A stretch of 64,000 bases of DNA from Clostridium sp. UBA3947 (GCA_002385545.1 DGDR01000038.1:1793-65792), one strand, 5' to 3'. Counted from the stretch's first letter, positions 8,820 to 19,676 are shown. The notes: generated by a model from the sequence alone, not told the origin. Made by a program: numbers and translations.

Positions 8820-10805
8820 TTATTTAAGGCTTTCTGCTGCTTCTACTACCTTTTCTACTGTAATACCAAACTTCTCAAATAGCAGATTTCCTGGAGCTGA
8901 TGCACCAAAGGTATCAATAGATACAATTGCTCCATCAAGACCAACGTATTTGTGCCATCCAAAGGAGCTTGCAGCCTCTACTGCCACTCTCTTTCTAACT
9001 GCCTTTGGTAAAATAGCTTCTTTATATTCTGCGCTTTGTCTTTCGAAAATTTCTAAAGAAGGCATACTAACAACTCTAGCCTTTATTCCTTTTTCATTTA
9101 ACTTTTTAGCGGCTTCAACTATAAGCTGAACCTCTGAACCAGTAGCCATTAAAATTACATCTGGCATACCATTGCTGTAGTCCTTAAGAATGTAGGCACC
9201 CTTAAGAGCTTCTGCAGAGCTTCCCTCTAATAGCGGTAAATCTTGACGGCTTAACACTAAGGCTGTAGGAGCATCCTTTGTTGTTAAAGCTGAGCACCAA
9301 GCAGCTGCTACTTCTCTTGCATCAGCTGGTCTGTATGTTATAAAGTTTGGTATGCTTCTTAATGATGCTAAATGCTCTATTGGCTCATGGGTTGGGCCAT
9401 CTTCTCCAACTCCAATACTATCGTGAGTTAGTATATAAATTACAGGAAGCTTCATAAGTGCTGACAATCTCATAGCATGCTTCATGTAATCACTAAATAC
9501 AAAGAAGGTGGATACATAAGGAATTAAACCTCCATGTACAGCAATTCCATTAGCTATAGCAGCCATAGCATGCTCTCTTACACCAAAATGTAAGTTAGCA
9601 CCTGTTCTATCTTCTGCTGAGAAATCTCCTTTACCCTTCATATAGGTCTTAGTTGAAGGAGCTAAGTCAGCAGATCCTCCAAATAGATTTGGAATATATT
9701 CTGTTAGTCTATTTAATACCTCTCCAGAGGAACTTCTAGTAGCAGCTTTTCCTTCAAACTTCCACAGCTTATCCTCTTTTAATAGATCTACAGTAAGCTC
9801 CTTGCTATGGTATACTTCCCAAAGTCTTGCTAACTCTGGATACTCCTTTTTGTAAGCTTCAAAGAGGGTATTCCACTGAGCTTCTGCCTTTCTTCCTTCT
9901 TCCTGTAATTGTGCCATATGGTCTCTAACTTCCTGTGGTACATGGAATTCTTCTCCGTAATTCCATTTAAAGAATTCCTTTGTCTTGATTATATTTTCCT
10001 CACCTAGAGGTTCTCCGTGGGATGATGCGCTTCCTTCTTTTGGAGAGCCATATCCAATCTTTGTCTTTATTTCAATTAAGGTTGGATGATCCTTATCTGC
10101 CTTTGCTTCTAGTAAGGCCTTATTGATAGCTTCTACATCGTTACCGTCTTCCACGAATAATACCTGCCAGCCATAAGCCTTAAATCTATCGCCAACCTTT
10201 TCTCTAAAGGCTATATCTGTACTTCCTTCAATAGAAATATTATTTGAATCATACAATACTATTAGCTTACCTAGTCCTAAGGTTCCAGCTAAAGATGCTG
10301 CTTCTGAAGCAATACCCTCCATCATGCAACCATCTCCTGCTAAGGCATAGGTATAATGATCTACTATATCAAAACCTGGCTTGTTAAATATGCTTGCAAG
10401 ATGAGCCTCTGCCATAGCCATACCTACAGCATTAGCTATTCCTTGTCCTAATGGTCCTGTAGTTACTTCTACACCTACAGTATGACCATACTCTGGATGA
10501 CCAGGTGTTTTGCTTCCCCATTGTCTGAAATTTTTTAAATCCTCTATGCTAAGCCCATATCCAAATAGATGCAATAATGAATATAAAAGCATTGAACCAT
10601 GTCCTGCAGAAAGTATAAATCTATCTCTATTTACCCAATTTGGATTGCTGGGATTATGTTTCATAACCCTTGACCATAAGGTATAGGCCATCGGTGCTGC
10701 TCCCAATGGTAATCCTGGATGTCCTGACTTGGATTTTTGAATTCCTTCAATACTTAGCATTCTTATCGTATTAATTGAAAGATTATCAATAACACTGTTG
10801 CTCAT
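8820..10805 (-). CDS. tkt: Transketolase
   Basis: [46 protein letters not shown]. Confidence 0.98.
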   Translation of the reverse strand: MSNSVIDNLSINTIRMLSIEGIQKSKSGHPGLPLGAAPMAYTLWSRVMKHNPSNPNWVNRDRFILSAGHGSMLLYSLLHLFGYGLSIEDLKNFRQWGSKTPGHPEYGHTVGVEVTTGPLGQGIANAVGMAMAEAHLASIFNKPGFDIVDHYTYALAGDGCMMEGIASEAASLAGTLGLGKLIVLYDSNNISIEGSTDIAFREKVGDRFKAYGWQVLFVEDGNDVEAINKALLEAKADKDHPTLIEIKTKIGYGSPKEGSASSHGEPLGEENIIKTKEFFKWNYGEEFHVPQEVRDHMAQLQEEGRKAEAQWNTLFEAYKKEYPELARLWEVYHSKELTVDLLKEDKLWKFEGKAATRSSSGEVLNRLTEYIPNLFGGSADLAPSTKTYMKGKGDFSAEDRTGANLHFGVREHAMAAIANGIAVHGGLIPYVSTFFVFSDYMKHAMRLSALMKLPVIYILTHDSIGVGEDGPTHEPIEHLASLRSIPNFITYRPADAREVAAAWCSALTTKDAPTALVLSRQDLPLLEGSSAEALKGAYILKDYSNGMPDVILMATGSEVQLIVEAAKKLNEKGIKARVVSMPSLEIFERQSAEYKEAILPKAVRKRVAVEAASSFGWHKYVGLDGAIVSIDTFGASAPGNLLFEKFGITVEKVVEAAESLK

Positions 10806-11340
10806 AGTTAAAGCCTCCTTTTAGTTATCTTAGTTGCTGGCTAAATACACCAAGGCAGCCATATATGATTTTGTTTTGGTATTTCCAACATCTATTTCAT
10901 TGTATTTTATTGATTGATTTTAATCAATATTATATTTCGATTTTTTCTTATATATTTATATTTCCTTCTTAATATTTTTAATTTTAGTTACGAAAATACT
11001 CAAAATTTATATATTGAATTTTCTGAATTTTCTAAATATATCATTGACTTATTAATATATTTTTCTTATAATATTATTAACAACTTCCATCAAATCAATA
11101 TTTAATTTGCTTCTTAATAAAATTATATATTCCATATTATAAAAAGGTAAGGGGGGATCAGCAATTATCTAATTTATAAGATAGGAGATGATACCACCAG
11201 ATATTTTATTAAAACCTTTATAAAGTATGGAACTATTAATAATACTTAAAGATGGGAGTGATGGATCAAATCCTTAAAGTATATCAAGGAGGATTAGTCC
11301 AATGTGGTAAATATTTTTCAATAAAAACTTCCGATGAAAG

Positions 11341-11390
11341 AAAAAGCTGTTGCATAACTAACAATTGTGTTGGTTGTGCAACAGCTTTTT
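11341..11390. repeat. Dispersed palindromic repeat (GCTGTTGCA family), best copy; likely bidirectional terminator
   Basis: AAAAAGCTGTTGCA-taactaaca-attg-tgttggttg-TGCAACAGCTTTTT, about a 23-bp stem. Confidence 0.8.
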
Positions 11391-11531
11391 GTAACGTGTT
11401 AGGCATTTTGCTTTTTATCATATAGTACTTAGAGGTGGGGATATGTATTTCTTCTCTATATTGCTTTATTTCAAATAAGTGTTGATGAACAAGTAGCAAT
11501 ATTAGGACAAGCAATAGTAAACATTTCTAGT

Positions 11532-11576
11532 AAAAAGCTGTTGCACATCCAGCATGTCAGTTCTGTGCAGCAGCCC
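11532..11576. repeat. Dispersed palindromic repeat copy; downstream of plsC
   Basis: AAAAAGCTGTTGCACA...TGTGCAGCAGCCC. Confidence 0.75.
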
Positions 11577-11613
11577 TTTATGGTTATACAGTAATTTATA
11601 GATTTAATAAATA

Positions 11614-12336
11614 CTAGTTTGTCAATTTTTTTAGTCCTTCTTCCACTATTGCCTGCACCTGCTCTGTAAGGTTTTTCTGCTCATCCTTAGATAACCCAGC
11701 AGTTTGTATTGGCTTATGGAACATAATTTTTATTGTATGACCACTTACTTTGTTACCTACCTCTAAAACTCTATAGGTTCCATCAATTGATACTGGTACA
11801 ATTGGAGCTTCTACTTTTAAAGCCATTTTTAAGCTTCCCTTCTTCATAGTTCCCATAGTTGAGCTTAAACTTCTTGTTCCTTCAGGAAAAATAACCATGG
11901 AATAACCTTTCTTTATATTCTCAGCTCCTTCATTTATAGCCTTTATACCCTCTTTTATATTTTCTCTGTCTATAAAAACAGTTCCAATAGCCCTTACCCA
12001 AGTAGGGATTAGTGGTAGCTTTGCTATTTCCTTTTTAGCAATGAAGCCTGTAACATGCTTCATAGATGCCAATAGTGCAAAAACGTCAAAAATTGCTTGA
12101 TGGTTTGATACAAAAACACAAGGCTCATCAGGTATGTTTTCTTCACCATATATTTCAAAATTCGTTCTGGTAATCTTCAATATATGGTTAGTCATTTTTT
12201 TAACCTTTTTAAAGGCATAATTAGCGGCCTTCTCAGGATTCTTTTTTTGCAAGTATTTCACCTTTATTAAGGCTATACTATTTAAACTTAAGTATACTCC
12301 AAAGTAACTATACCATAAAAACTTCAACTTTATCAC
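11614..12336 (-). CDS. plsC: 1-acyl-sn-glycerol-3-phosphate acyltransferase
   Basis: NHQAIFD, FIAKKE, FIDR, FPEGTRS motifs. Confidence 0.93.
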   Translation of the reverse strand: MIKLKFLWYSYFGVYLSLNSIALIKVKYLQKKNPEKAANYAFKKVKKMTNHILKITRTNFEIYGEENIPDEPCVFVSNHQAIFDVFALLASMKHVTGFIAKKEIAKLPLIPTWVRAIGTVFIDRENIKEGIKAINEGAENIKKGYSMVIFPEGTRSLSSTMGTMKKGSLKMALKVEAPIVPVSIDGTYRVLEVGNKVSGHTIKIMFHKPIQTAGLSKDEQKNLTEQVQAIVEEGLKKLTN

Positions 12337-12385
12337 TCCCTAAATAAATCTATGCTCCAAGTATCTAATAATTCCTTTTTATTCT

Positions 12386-13264
12386 TCAGGGTCTTACAAT
12401 CCTAATAGCTTTAGGAAGTATTTCTAGGCTTATATCCTTAGCCCTAAACAACTCTCCATCAATATTTACCGACATCTCTTCCTCACATTCAATTTTTATC
12501 TTCTTTCCTTTATAAAAGGTTACTTCTTTTATCGTATCATGAACCCCTTTAATTAATCTTGGAAACAGTCTGATTATTTTAAAAGGACTTGCTTCTTTTA
12601 CGTGGCATATTTCAAAGCTACCATCACATAATTCAGCCCTTGGCGCTACCTTCATACCGCCTCCATAATATTTACCATTAGCCACAGCTGTTAGTAAGGT
12701 TTTTTCATATATATTTTTATCATCTAACTGAATATTTAGCTTTTTGCTTTTATATCCGAATACTGTGGTAAATATACTAAGTAAATAAGCAAACTTTGAT
12801 GGTATAAAGGGTAATCTTTTAAGCTTTATAGAGTTATAGACTATTTCAGCATCTAAACCTACAGAAGCAATATTAATAAAGTATTTATCATTACATTTTC
12901 CCAAGTCCACCAATTCAAATTCACTTTTTATACTAGAAGTTAGGATTTCTTCTAAATCTTCCTTATCTGTTATGCTTCGAATAAAGTCATTTCCACTACC
13001 ACTAGGAATTACTGCTAGGCTGCTGTCACTTTCAGCCATACCATTAAGAACTTCATTTAATGTACCATCTCCACCTACAGAGTATACTCTCATAGCTTCT
13101 TTACTAGTATACTCCTTAGCTATTTCCTTAGCATGACCAACTCTCTTTGTAAATTCAATAATGTAATCTACAGACTCCTTCTTACAGGCTTTTTCTTTCA
13201 TCAGAATTATCTCTTTAGTTTTTCCTTTACCTGCTTGAGGGTTTATTATAAATAGATGCCTCAT
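12386..13264 (-). CDS. Diacylglycerol/lipid kinase family protein (YegS/DgkB-like)
   Basis: NPQAG, GGDGTLNEV, PSGSGNDF, ANGKYYGGG, IDGE. Confidence 0.92.
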   Translation of the reverse strand: MRHLFIINPQAGKGKTKEIILMKEKACKKESVDYIIEFTKRVGHAKEIAKEYTSKEAMRVYSVGGDGTLNEVLNGMAESDSSLAVIPSGSGNDFIRSITDKEDLEEILTSSIKSEFELVDLGKCNDKYFINIASVGLDAEIVYNSIKLKRLPFIPSKFAYLLSIFTTVFGYKSKKLNIQLDDKNIYEKTLLTAVANGKYYGGGMKVAPRAELCDGSFEICHVKEASPFKIIRLFPRLIKGVHDTIKEVTFYKGKKIKIECEEEMSVNIDGELFRAKDISLEILPKAIRIVRP

Positions 13265-13458
13265 AGCCTTCTCCCTCTTTCATCTATGGTAAGCTTGTCT
13301 AAGCTTATTTTATTATATTTGATTGGTTAAGTATAGTATTTATTCATAAAAAGCATCAAACTAGTTATTGGAAGTTTACCTAGTATATCATAATTTTGAA
13401 TTTCATATTTATAGGGAAAGAAAAATTTCAGCCCGTAGACTGAAATTTTTCTTATAAT

Positions 13459-15837
13459 TTATAATTTTTTCGTATTTAAAGCCCTCATGGAATTGAAAAC
13501 CGCAATTACTGTAACACCGACATCGCCAAATACTGCTTCCCACATTGTTCCTAAACCTAAGGCCACCAACAGAAGAATTAGCACCTTAACCCCTAAAGCA
13601 AAGCAGATATTTTGCAAAACTATTTTTCTTGTCCGTCTTGCTATTTTTATTGCGTCAGCTAACTTGTAGGGCTCATCGGTCATAATAACAATATCAGAGG
13701 CTTCTATGGCTGCATCGGAGCCTACACCTCCCATTGCTATACCTATATCAGCTCTTGCCAACACTGGTGCATCGTTAATTCCATCTCCTACAAAGATTAA
13801 CTTACCCTTGCTGTCTTTTTCATTTTCCAAGACTTCAAGCATCTCTACCTTTTGATTTGGTAATAGCTCAGCATATACCTCGTCCAAATTTAGTTCTCTT
13901 GCAATTTTATCTGCTACTGCTCTATTATCACCAGTCAACATAGCTATTTTTCTTACGCCTAATCCTTTCAAAGCTTTTATAGCCTTTGCAGAATCTTCTT
14001 TAATTTCATCTGAAATCACTATATAGCCTATATATTTTTTATCAAGAGCTATATGAACTACAGTGCCAATACTATCAACTTCTGTAGAGGGGATATTTTC
14101 TTTGCTCATTAACCTATAGTTACCAGCTAAAATTTCTTTTCCTTCTACTATAGCCTTAACTCCTAATCCTGAGATTTCCTCATGGTTACTGATAGCACTT
14201 TTCACTATTTCTTTGCCGTAGGCCTTTTGGATTGAAGCTGCAATAGGATGATTAGAAAATACTTCAGCATAGGCAGCATATCTTAAAAGCTCATCCTTAT
14301 CCACGTTATTTTCTGTCTTTATTTCAGTTACCTCAAAGACTCCCTTTGTTAGGGTTCCTGTTTTATCAAATACAACCATTTCAACATTATTCAGGGCTTC
14401 TAAATAATTTCCACCTTTAACCAATACACCATTTTTTGAGGCTGCTCCAATTCCACCAAAGAAACCCAAAGGTACAGATACCACTAAGGCACAAGGGCAA
14501 GATACAACCAAGAAGGATAAGGCCCTATATATCCACTGAGAAAAAGTCGCTTCATCAATAACAAGCGGTGGAATTACAGCTAAAGCTAAGGCTAAGAACA
14601 CTACTACTGGAGTATATATTCTTGCAAACTTAGTTATAAACTTTTCTGTAGGTGCCTTCTTACTGCCTGCATTTTCTACTAAATCTAGTATTTTTGCTAC
14701 GGTAGAATCAGCAAATTCCTTTTCTACTTTTATAGTCAATACAGCATTTTGGTTAATTACTCCACTTAGAACCGTATCACCAGCCACAACCTTCGTAGGT
14801 ACCGACTCTCCAGTTAAGGCCGAGGTATCCACCATGGAAGTTCCATCAACCACTATCCCATCTAGCGGTACCTTTTCACCAGGCTTAACTATTATTAAAT
14901 CCCCAATGGCTACCTCTTCTGGAGAAACCTTTTTTATCTCATCCTCTACCTTTAGGTTAGCAAAGTCAGGTCTAATATCCATTAAGGCTGTTATAGACTT
15001 TCTCGATCTATTAACGGCCATATCCTGAAAAACTTCTCCCACCTGATAAAAAAGCATAACCGCCACAGCTTCAGGATATTCCTTAATAAGAAAAGCTCCT
15101 ATAGTAGCAAGGGACATTAAAAAGTTCTCATCAAAGATTTCACCTTTTAAAATATTCTTACCAGCTCTTAAAACCACCTCTCCACCAACAAGAATATAGC
15201 TTATAAGGAAAATACTTAATTCTATAGTCTGAGGAAAGTCAAAAGCTACAGCTAATATAAAAATCAAAGCACCTATGCCTAATCTTATGAGTTCTCCTTT
15301 TTCTTCAATTTCCTCTTCCTTGTTTTTATTGCTCCTTTTATTTTTCAGCTCTGTTACCTCTACCTCTGGTTCATGGCTCCTTACTATTAACTTAACCTTA
15401 TCTATAAGCTCTCTTTTAGAAGTATCTTTTCCCATGTGAACTGTCAATTTAGTATTGACAAAATCTACAGTAGCAGCTTCTACGCCCTTTAGCCTCTGAA
15501 CTTCTTTTTCAATTTTTGAAGCACAGTTAGCACAGTCTAATCCCTTTAAGTTAAAGTCAATTTTATTGCTAGTTTCCTTAACCTTCTCCTTTACCTTCAC
15601 ATGGGCTTCTACTTCTGAAACAGTTTTGGTAATCAAGAAAATTAAATTATCTACATCACTATTTTCCTCTATTTCTATAGTTAAGGTCTTAGTTGGAAAA
15701 TTGACACTGGCAAAATTGATTCCTTTTATATGTGCTACTTTTTGCTCTATTTTTGAAGCACAATTAACACAATCTAGACCTTCTAAAATGAATTCTCTTT
15801 TTAGCTTGCTATTGCTATCTATTTTTTTATTATCCAT
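13459..15837 (-). CDS. cadA: Cd/Zn/Co-translocating P1B-type ATPase with two N-terminal HMA domains
   Basis: Two GLDCxNC HMA motifs, TGES, CPC, DKTGTLT, HP, GDGINDAP. Confidence 0.95.
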   Translation of the reverse strand: MDNKKIDSNSKLKREFILEGLDCVNCASKIEQKVAHIKGINFASVNFPTKTLTIEIEENSDVDNLIFLITKTVSEVEAHVKVKEKVKETSNKIDFNLKGLDCANCASKIEKEVQRLKGVEAATVDFVNTKLTVHMGKDTSKRELIDKVKLIVRSHEPEVEVTELKNKRSNKNKEEEIEEKGELIRLGIGALIFILAVAFDFPQTIELSIFLISYILVGGEVVLRAGKNILKGEIFDENFLMSLATIGAFLIKEYPEAVAVMLFYQVGEVFQDMAVNRSRKSITALMDIRPDFANLKVEDEIKKVSPEEVAIGDLIIVKPGEKVPLDGIVVDGTSMVDTSALTGESVPTKVVAGDTVLSGVINQNAVLTIKVEKEFADSTVAKILDLVENAGSKKAPTEKFITKFARIYTPVVVFLALALAVIPPLVIDEATFSQWIYRALSFLVVSCPCALVVSVPLGFFGGIGAASKNGVLVKGGNYLEALNNVEMVVFDKTGTLTKGVFEVTEIKTENNVDKDELLRYAAYAEVFSNHPIAASIQKAYGKEIVKSAISNHEEISGLGVKAIVEGKEILAGNYRLMSKENIPSTEVDSIGTVVHIALDKKYIGYIVISDEIKEDSAKAIKALKGLGVRKIAMLTGDNRAVADKIARELNLDEVYAELLPNQKVEMLEVLENEKDSKGKLIFVGDGINDAPVLARADIGIAMGGVGSDAAIEASDIVIMTDEPYKLADAIKIARRTRKIVLQNICFALGVKVLILLLVALGLGTMWEAVFGDVGVTVIAVFNSMRALNTKKL

Positions 15838-15859
15838 TTTATATCCCCCATTTCAGCCA

Positions 15860-16228
15860 TTACCTTTTCTCAGATATGTGACTTAGCCCTTGGTCAAATA
15901 TACTCTTAACATGATCATCATCTAAGGAATAATAAACTACTTTACCTTCCTTTCTAAATTTAACTAATCTTGCTTGCTTTAAAATTCTTAATTGGTGAGA
16001 TATTGCTGATTGGGTCATATTAAGAAGAGCGGCAATATCACAAACGCACATCTCTGATTGAAACAAGGCGCATAGTATTTTTATTCTTGTAGTATCTCCA
16101 AAAACTTTAAATAAATCTGACAGGTCATAAAGTAGCTCTTCATCTGGTATATGCTCTTTTACCTTGTCTACTATATCCTGATGTATAATTGAACAATTGC
16201 AGGTATCTAAATAATCCTTTTCACCCAT
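15860..16228 (-). CDS. cadC: ArsR/SmtB-family metal-sensing repressor (CadC-like)
   Basis: N-terminal CNC, LFKVFGDTTRIKIL, MCVCDIA, SAISHQLRIL, DDDHV; ATG at 16228 follows RBS GAGGTG. Confidence 0.93.
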   Translation of the reverse strand: MGEKDYLDTCNCSIIHQDIVDKVKEHIPDEELLYDLSDLFKVFGDTTRIKILCALFQSEMCVCDIAALLNMTQSAISHQLRILKQARLVKFRKEGKVVYYSLDDDHVKSIFDQGLSHISEKR

Positions 16229-16245
16229 AACCTTCACCTCTAATT

Positions 16246-16303
16246 TGAATATATGAATCATTGTTCATATATTCATTATATGCTTCCTTAATTTAGTTGT
16301 CAA
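16246..16303 (-). promoter_or_regulatory. cadCA sigma-A promoter and CadC/SmtB operator
   Basis: TTGACA(16303-16298)-17-TATAAT(16280-16275); perfect 12-6-12 inverted repeat TGAATATATGAA-tcattg-TTCATATATTCA (16246-16275). Confidence 0.9.
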
Positions 16304-16515
16304 CGAAAATGTGCTACTGCATTTTTGAAGTGAGAGGTCAGAACTAAGATAGCAGATATAAGACATCTGGAACCTGCTATCATATGAGTTATCCACAATT
16401 TCTAAATTTTATAATATGGATATTTTCTTTAGAACGCTAAAATCTTATTATTCCACCGTATTTTTTTAATTTTTAGAGTCATTATATTTAGTGACATAAT
16501 ATTAACATATAAATA

Positions 16516-16544
16516 TTGATTATTTTTCCACCATATGCTATAAT
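16516..16544 (+). promoter_or_regulatory. Sigma-A promoter driving the riboswitch leader
   Basis: TTGATT-17-TATAAT with extended TG. Confidence 0.8.
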
Positions 16545-16550
16545 TTCTGT

Positions 16551-16713
16551 GAAAAGGGGAGTAGCTAGGCATAGGCCTTTAACTATTCGTCATTACGGCG
16601 GAAGCCCGGATAGTTAGCTCGAATAGAAATTTAAGTTTTTAACTTAAATTTTACTCTAGAGATAGCAAGACCTTTGTTTCACTAGAAATTATTGTGAGAC
16701 AAAGGTCTTTTTT
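16551..16713 (+). ncRNA. yybP-ykoY (Mn2+-sensing) riboswitch with overlapping intrinsic terminator
   Basis: AAGGGGAGUAGC, CGUCAUUACG and GCAAGACCUU hallmarks; terminator AAGACCTTTGTTTCAC...GTGAGACAAAGGTCTT-TTTT shares the 3' P1 strand. Confidence 0.9.
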
Positions 16714-16798
16714 GGTACTTTTTCAGCTACCTGCTCTAAATTACCGAAGTAATCTTAAGAAAATCGAAAAAACAAGCATAAAGAAAGGGTGTTGTTCA

Positions 16799-19468
16799 TT
16801 GAAGTGGTTTATGAAAAGTCAAGAATCAATTGTTCAGGAGATTGGTGCAGACATCGTAAACGGATTAACAGATGAAGAAGTGTGTAAACGACGAGAAAAG
16901 TATGGATTAAATAAATTACAGGGAAAACAGAAAAAGACTATATTGCAAATGTTGTTAGCCCAATTAAATGATGTACTAATCTATATATTATTAGCTGCAG
17001 CAGTTATTTCAGTAATTTTGGATGAGCCTAGTGATGCCATAGTTATTGCTATAGTTGTTATAATTAATGCAGTAGTTGGTGTAATTCAGGAGTCAAAGGC
17101 TGAAAAATCCCTTGAGGCTCTTAAAAAATTATCGACTCCAAAAGCAATTGTTAAGCGTAATGGTGAACTAATTGAAATACAATCGGAAGAAATAGTTCCT
17201 GGCGATATTGTGATTATTGACGCTGGAAGATATATCCCCTGTGATATAAGACTTATTGAAACCGCAAATTTAAAAATAGAGGAATCAGCCTTGACTGGAG
17301 AGTCTGTTCCAGTTGACAAGGATGCATCGGTTAATTTGGATGCAGAGGATACTCCCCTTGGTGATCAGAAAAATATGGCCTTTATGTCTACTTTAGCTAC
17401 TTATGGTCGTGGAGTGGGTATCGCTGTTGGAACTGGTATGAATACTGAAATAGGTAAAATAGCTAAAATGCTTGATGAGCAGGAGAATGAGCTTACTCCC
17501 CTTCAAAAGAAGCTAGCTCAGCTTGGTAAATTTCTAGGCGCTGGTGCCATAACAATTTGCATAGTTATGTTTATAGTTGGTATTTTAAGAGGTAAGGCTC
17601 CTCTTGAAATGCTATTGATATCTATAAGCTTGGCTGTAGCCGCTATACCAGAAGGCTTAGCAGCTATTGTAACCATTGTTCTAGCTATAGGGGTTCAAAA
17701 AATGATAAAGAAAAACGCTATAGTTAGAAAGCTTCCTTCTGTTGAGACCTTAGGTTCTGTTAATATAGTTTGTTCCGATAAAACTGGAACCCTTACTCAA
17801 AATAAAATGACCGTTATGAAGTATTATGTGGATGGTGTTTTAAGTCCTATAAAAACCTTAGATGTAAAGCTGCCTGGTCATAAGCTCCTTTTAGAAAATA
17901 TGATGCTTTGTAATGACGCTACTTACACAGAAAACTCAAAAACCGGTGACCCTACAGAAATTGCTTTATTAGAAATGGGCGTTAAATTCAATATAAGTTC
18001 AGAGGAATTAAATAAAAATCATAAAAGGGTTATGGAAATCCCTTTTGAATCTGATAGAAAATTGATGACAACAGTAAATAAGTACAATGACGAATATTAT
18101 GTAATGACCAAAGGAGCTATAGATAACCTATTAAATATTTGTACAAAGGCTTATATTAATGGCGAAATTGTTCCTTTAACCGATGATATTAAGGCTGATA
18201 TAATGAGCAACTCCAATGCTATGTCTGATGAAGCCCTAAGAGTTTTAGGTGGAGCTTATAAGGTAATCAAAAGTACCGACGTTGAAATAGACAGTCTTGA
18301 AAAGGACTTAACCTTCATTGGTCTAGTTGGTATGATAGACCCACCTAGAGAAGAAGTTAAGGATTCCATTGCCCTTTGCAATCAATCTGGTATAAAGACT
18401 ATAATGATTACAGGAGATCATAAAAATACAGCCTTTGCTATTGCTAAGGAATTAGGTATAGCTGAGGATGAATCTCAGGCTATCTTTGGCACTGAGCTTG
18501 ACAAGATGTCCGATGAAGAGCTAAGCTCCAGAATAGATGACCTGAGAGTATTTGCTAGAGTTTCACCAGAACATAAGGTCAGAATAGTTAAGGCCTTTAA
18601 GGCAAAAGGTAATATCGTATCAATGACTGGTGATGGAGTTAACGATGCTCCTTCTTTAAAGATGGCAGATATCGGTGTTGCTATGGGTATTACTGGTACT
18701 GACGTTGCTAAAGGTGCATCAGATATGGTTCTAACCGATGACAACTTCTCTACTATAGTTACTGCTATTGAAGAAGGTAGAAACATCTTTAATAACATAA
18801 AGAAATCCGTCTTATTCCTATTATCTTGTAATGCTGGTGAAATTGTTGCCCTATTCTTTGCTATACTTTTAGGTTGGGAAGCACCTTTGCTTTCAATCCA
18901 TATTCTATGGGTTAACCTAATTACCGATACCCTTCCAGCCTTGTCTTTAGGTATGGATCCTGGTGATAAGGATGTAATGAAGGAAAAGCCAAGAGATCCA
19001 GATGAAAGTCTATTTGCACATGGCGGTGGTATAAAGATAATACTTAACGGTTTATTGATAGGACTGTTAACCCTAGCAGCTTTCGTAATTGGTGCAAAAA
19101 TATACAGTGGTGCCGAAACACTATTCCCTCTGTTCCCTGAAAAAATAACAGAGGATGCTTTAAGACATGCTAGAACTATGGCTTTTGTAGTACTTAGTGT
19201 ATCTCAATTATTCCATTCCTTCAATATGAGACATCCTGATAAATCTATATTCAAGGTAGGCTTATTCAGCAATAAATATTTAATTGGCGCCATTCTTATA
19301 GGTATATTGCTACAAGATATAGTAATAACTGTGCCCTTCTTAAGGAATCTATTCAATGTTTATGACTTAAACATCAAGGATTGGGCTATTGTAGCAATGC
19401 TATCCATAATGCCTCTTGTAGTAAATGAAATTGCTAAGCTCATAAAAAGCGTTACTAAAAAAGCTTAA
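16799..19468 (+). CDS. P2A-type cation (Ca2+/Mn2+) translocating ATPase, YoaB/YloB-like
   Basis: TGES, PEGL, DKTGTLT, KGA, MITGD, TGDGVNDAP; probable TTG start at 16799 (MKWFMK) after AAGGGTG, so the track's 16694 start lies inside the riboswitch terminator. Confidence 0.93.
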   Translation: MKWFMKSQESIVQEIGADIVNGLTDEEVCKRREKYGLNKLQGKQKKTILQMLLAQLNDVLIYILLAAAVISVILDEPSDAIVIAIVVIINAVVGVIQESKAEKSLEALKKLSTPKAIVKRNGELIEIQSEEIVPGDIVIIDAGRYIPCDIRLIETANLKIEESALTGESVPVDKDASVNLDAEDTPLGDQKNMAFMSTLATYGRGVGIAVGTGMNTEIGKIAKMLDEQENELTPLQKKLAQLGKFLGAGAITICIVMFIVGILRGKAPLEMLLISISLAVAAIPEGLAAIVTIVLAIGVQKMIKKNAIVRKLPSVETLGSVNIVCSDKTGTLTQNKMTVMKYYVDGVLSPIKTLDVKLPGHKLLLENMMLCNDATYTENSKTGDPTEIALLEMGVKFNISSEELNKNHKRVMEIPFESDRKLMTTVNKYNDEYYVMTKGAIDNLLNICTKAYINGEIVPLTDDIKADIMSNSNAMSDEALRVLGGAYKVIKSTDVEIDSLEKDLTFIGLVGMIDPPREEVKDSIALCNQSGIKTIMITGDHKNTAFAIAKELGIAEDESQAIFGTELDKMSDEELSSRIDDLRVFARVSPEHKVRIVKAFKAKGNIVSMTGDGVNDAPSLKMADIGVAMGITGTDVAKGASDMVLTDDNFSTIVTAIEEGRNIFNNIKKSVLFLLSCNAGEIVALFFAILLGWEAPLLSIHILWVNLITDTLPALSLGMDPGDKDVMKEKPRDPDESLFAHGGGIKIILNGLLIGLLTLAAFVIGAKIYSGAETLFPLFPEKITEDALRHARTMAFVVLSVSQLFHSFNMRHPDKSIFKVGLFSNKYLIGAILIGILLQDIVITVPFLRNLFNVYDLNIKDWAIVAMLSIMPLVVNEIAKLIKSVTKKA

Positions 19469-19509
19469 GATCTGCTACATCTAAAGCAGAATCTTATAAA
19501 TCCAATATT

Positions 19510-19554
19510 AAAATGTCTGCTGCAAATCAAAGCCTCCTTTGCAGCAGACATTTT
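19510..19554 (+). terminator. Terminator of the P-type ATPase (arms resemble the repeat family)
   Basis: AAAATGTCTGCTGCAAA...TTTGCAGCAGACATTTT, 17-bp stem. Confidence 0.85.
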
Positions 19555-19676
19555 TCTATCCCCAAAACATTAAAAATCTAACATCCAACTTCTAGGCACC
19601 AACCTCTAAATATTGACTTTACAATTTATTGTTGTAAAATAGTTATTATCTTTAAGAAATTTGGGGGCTTGTAGTT

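Noticed and set aside
10914-11105. 63-aa ORF rich in I/F/N/Y
   Set aside because: Extremely AT-rich intergenic DNA, no RBS, composition is a by-product of base bias
11252-11425. 57-aa Cys-rich ORF as a possible metallothionein near cadA
   Set aside because: Five of the six Cys codons come from reading through or immediately beside the TGTTGCA palindromic repeat; treated as an artefact
11284-11514. 76-aa minus-strand ORF
   Set aside because: Runs through the repeat hairpin, has no RBS and no recognisable motif
11341-11576. Two similar palindromes about 140 bp apart as a mini-CRISPR
   Set aside because: Only two imperfect copies, the spacer is too long, no cas genes, and similar copies occur singly elsewhere
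16389-16397. Perfect DnaA box TTATCCACA
   Set aside because: Single copy with no cluster or origin genes; a lone 9-mer is expected by chance in 64 kb
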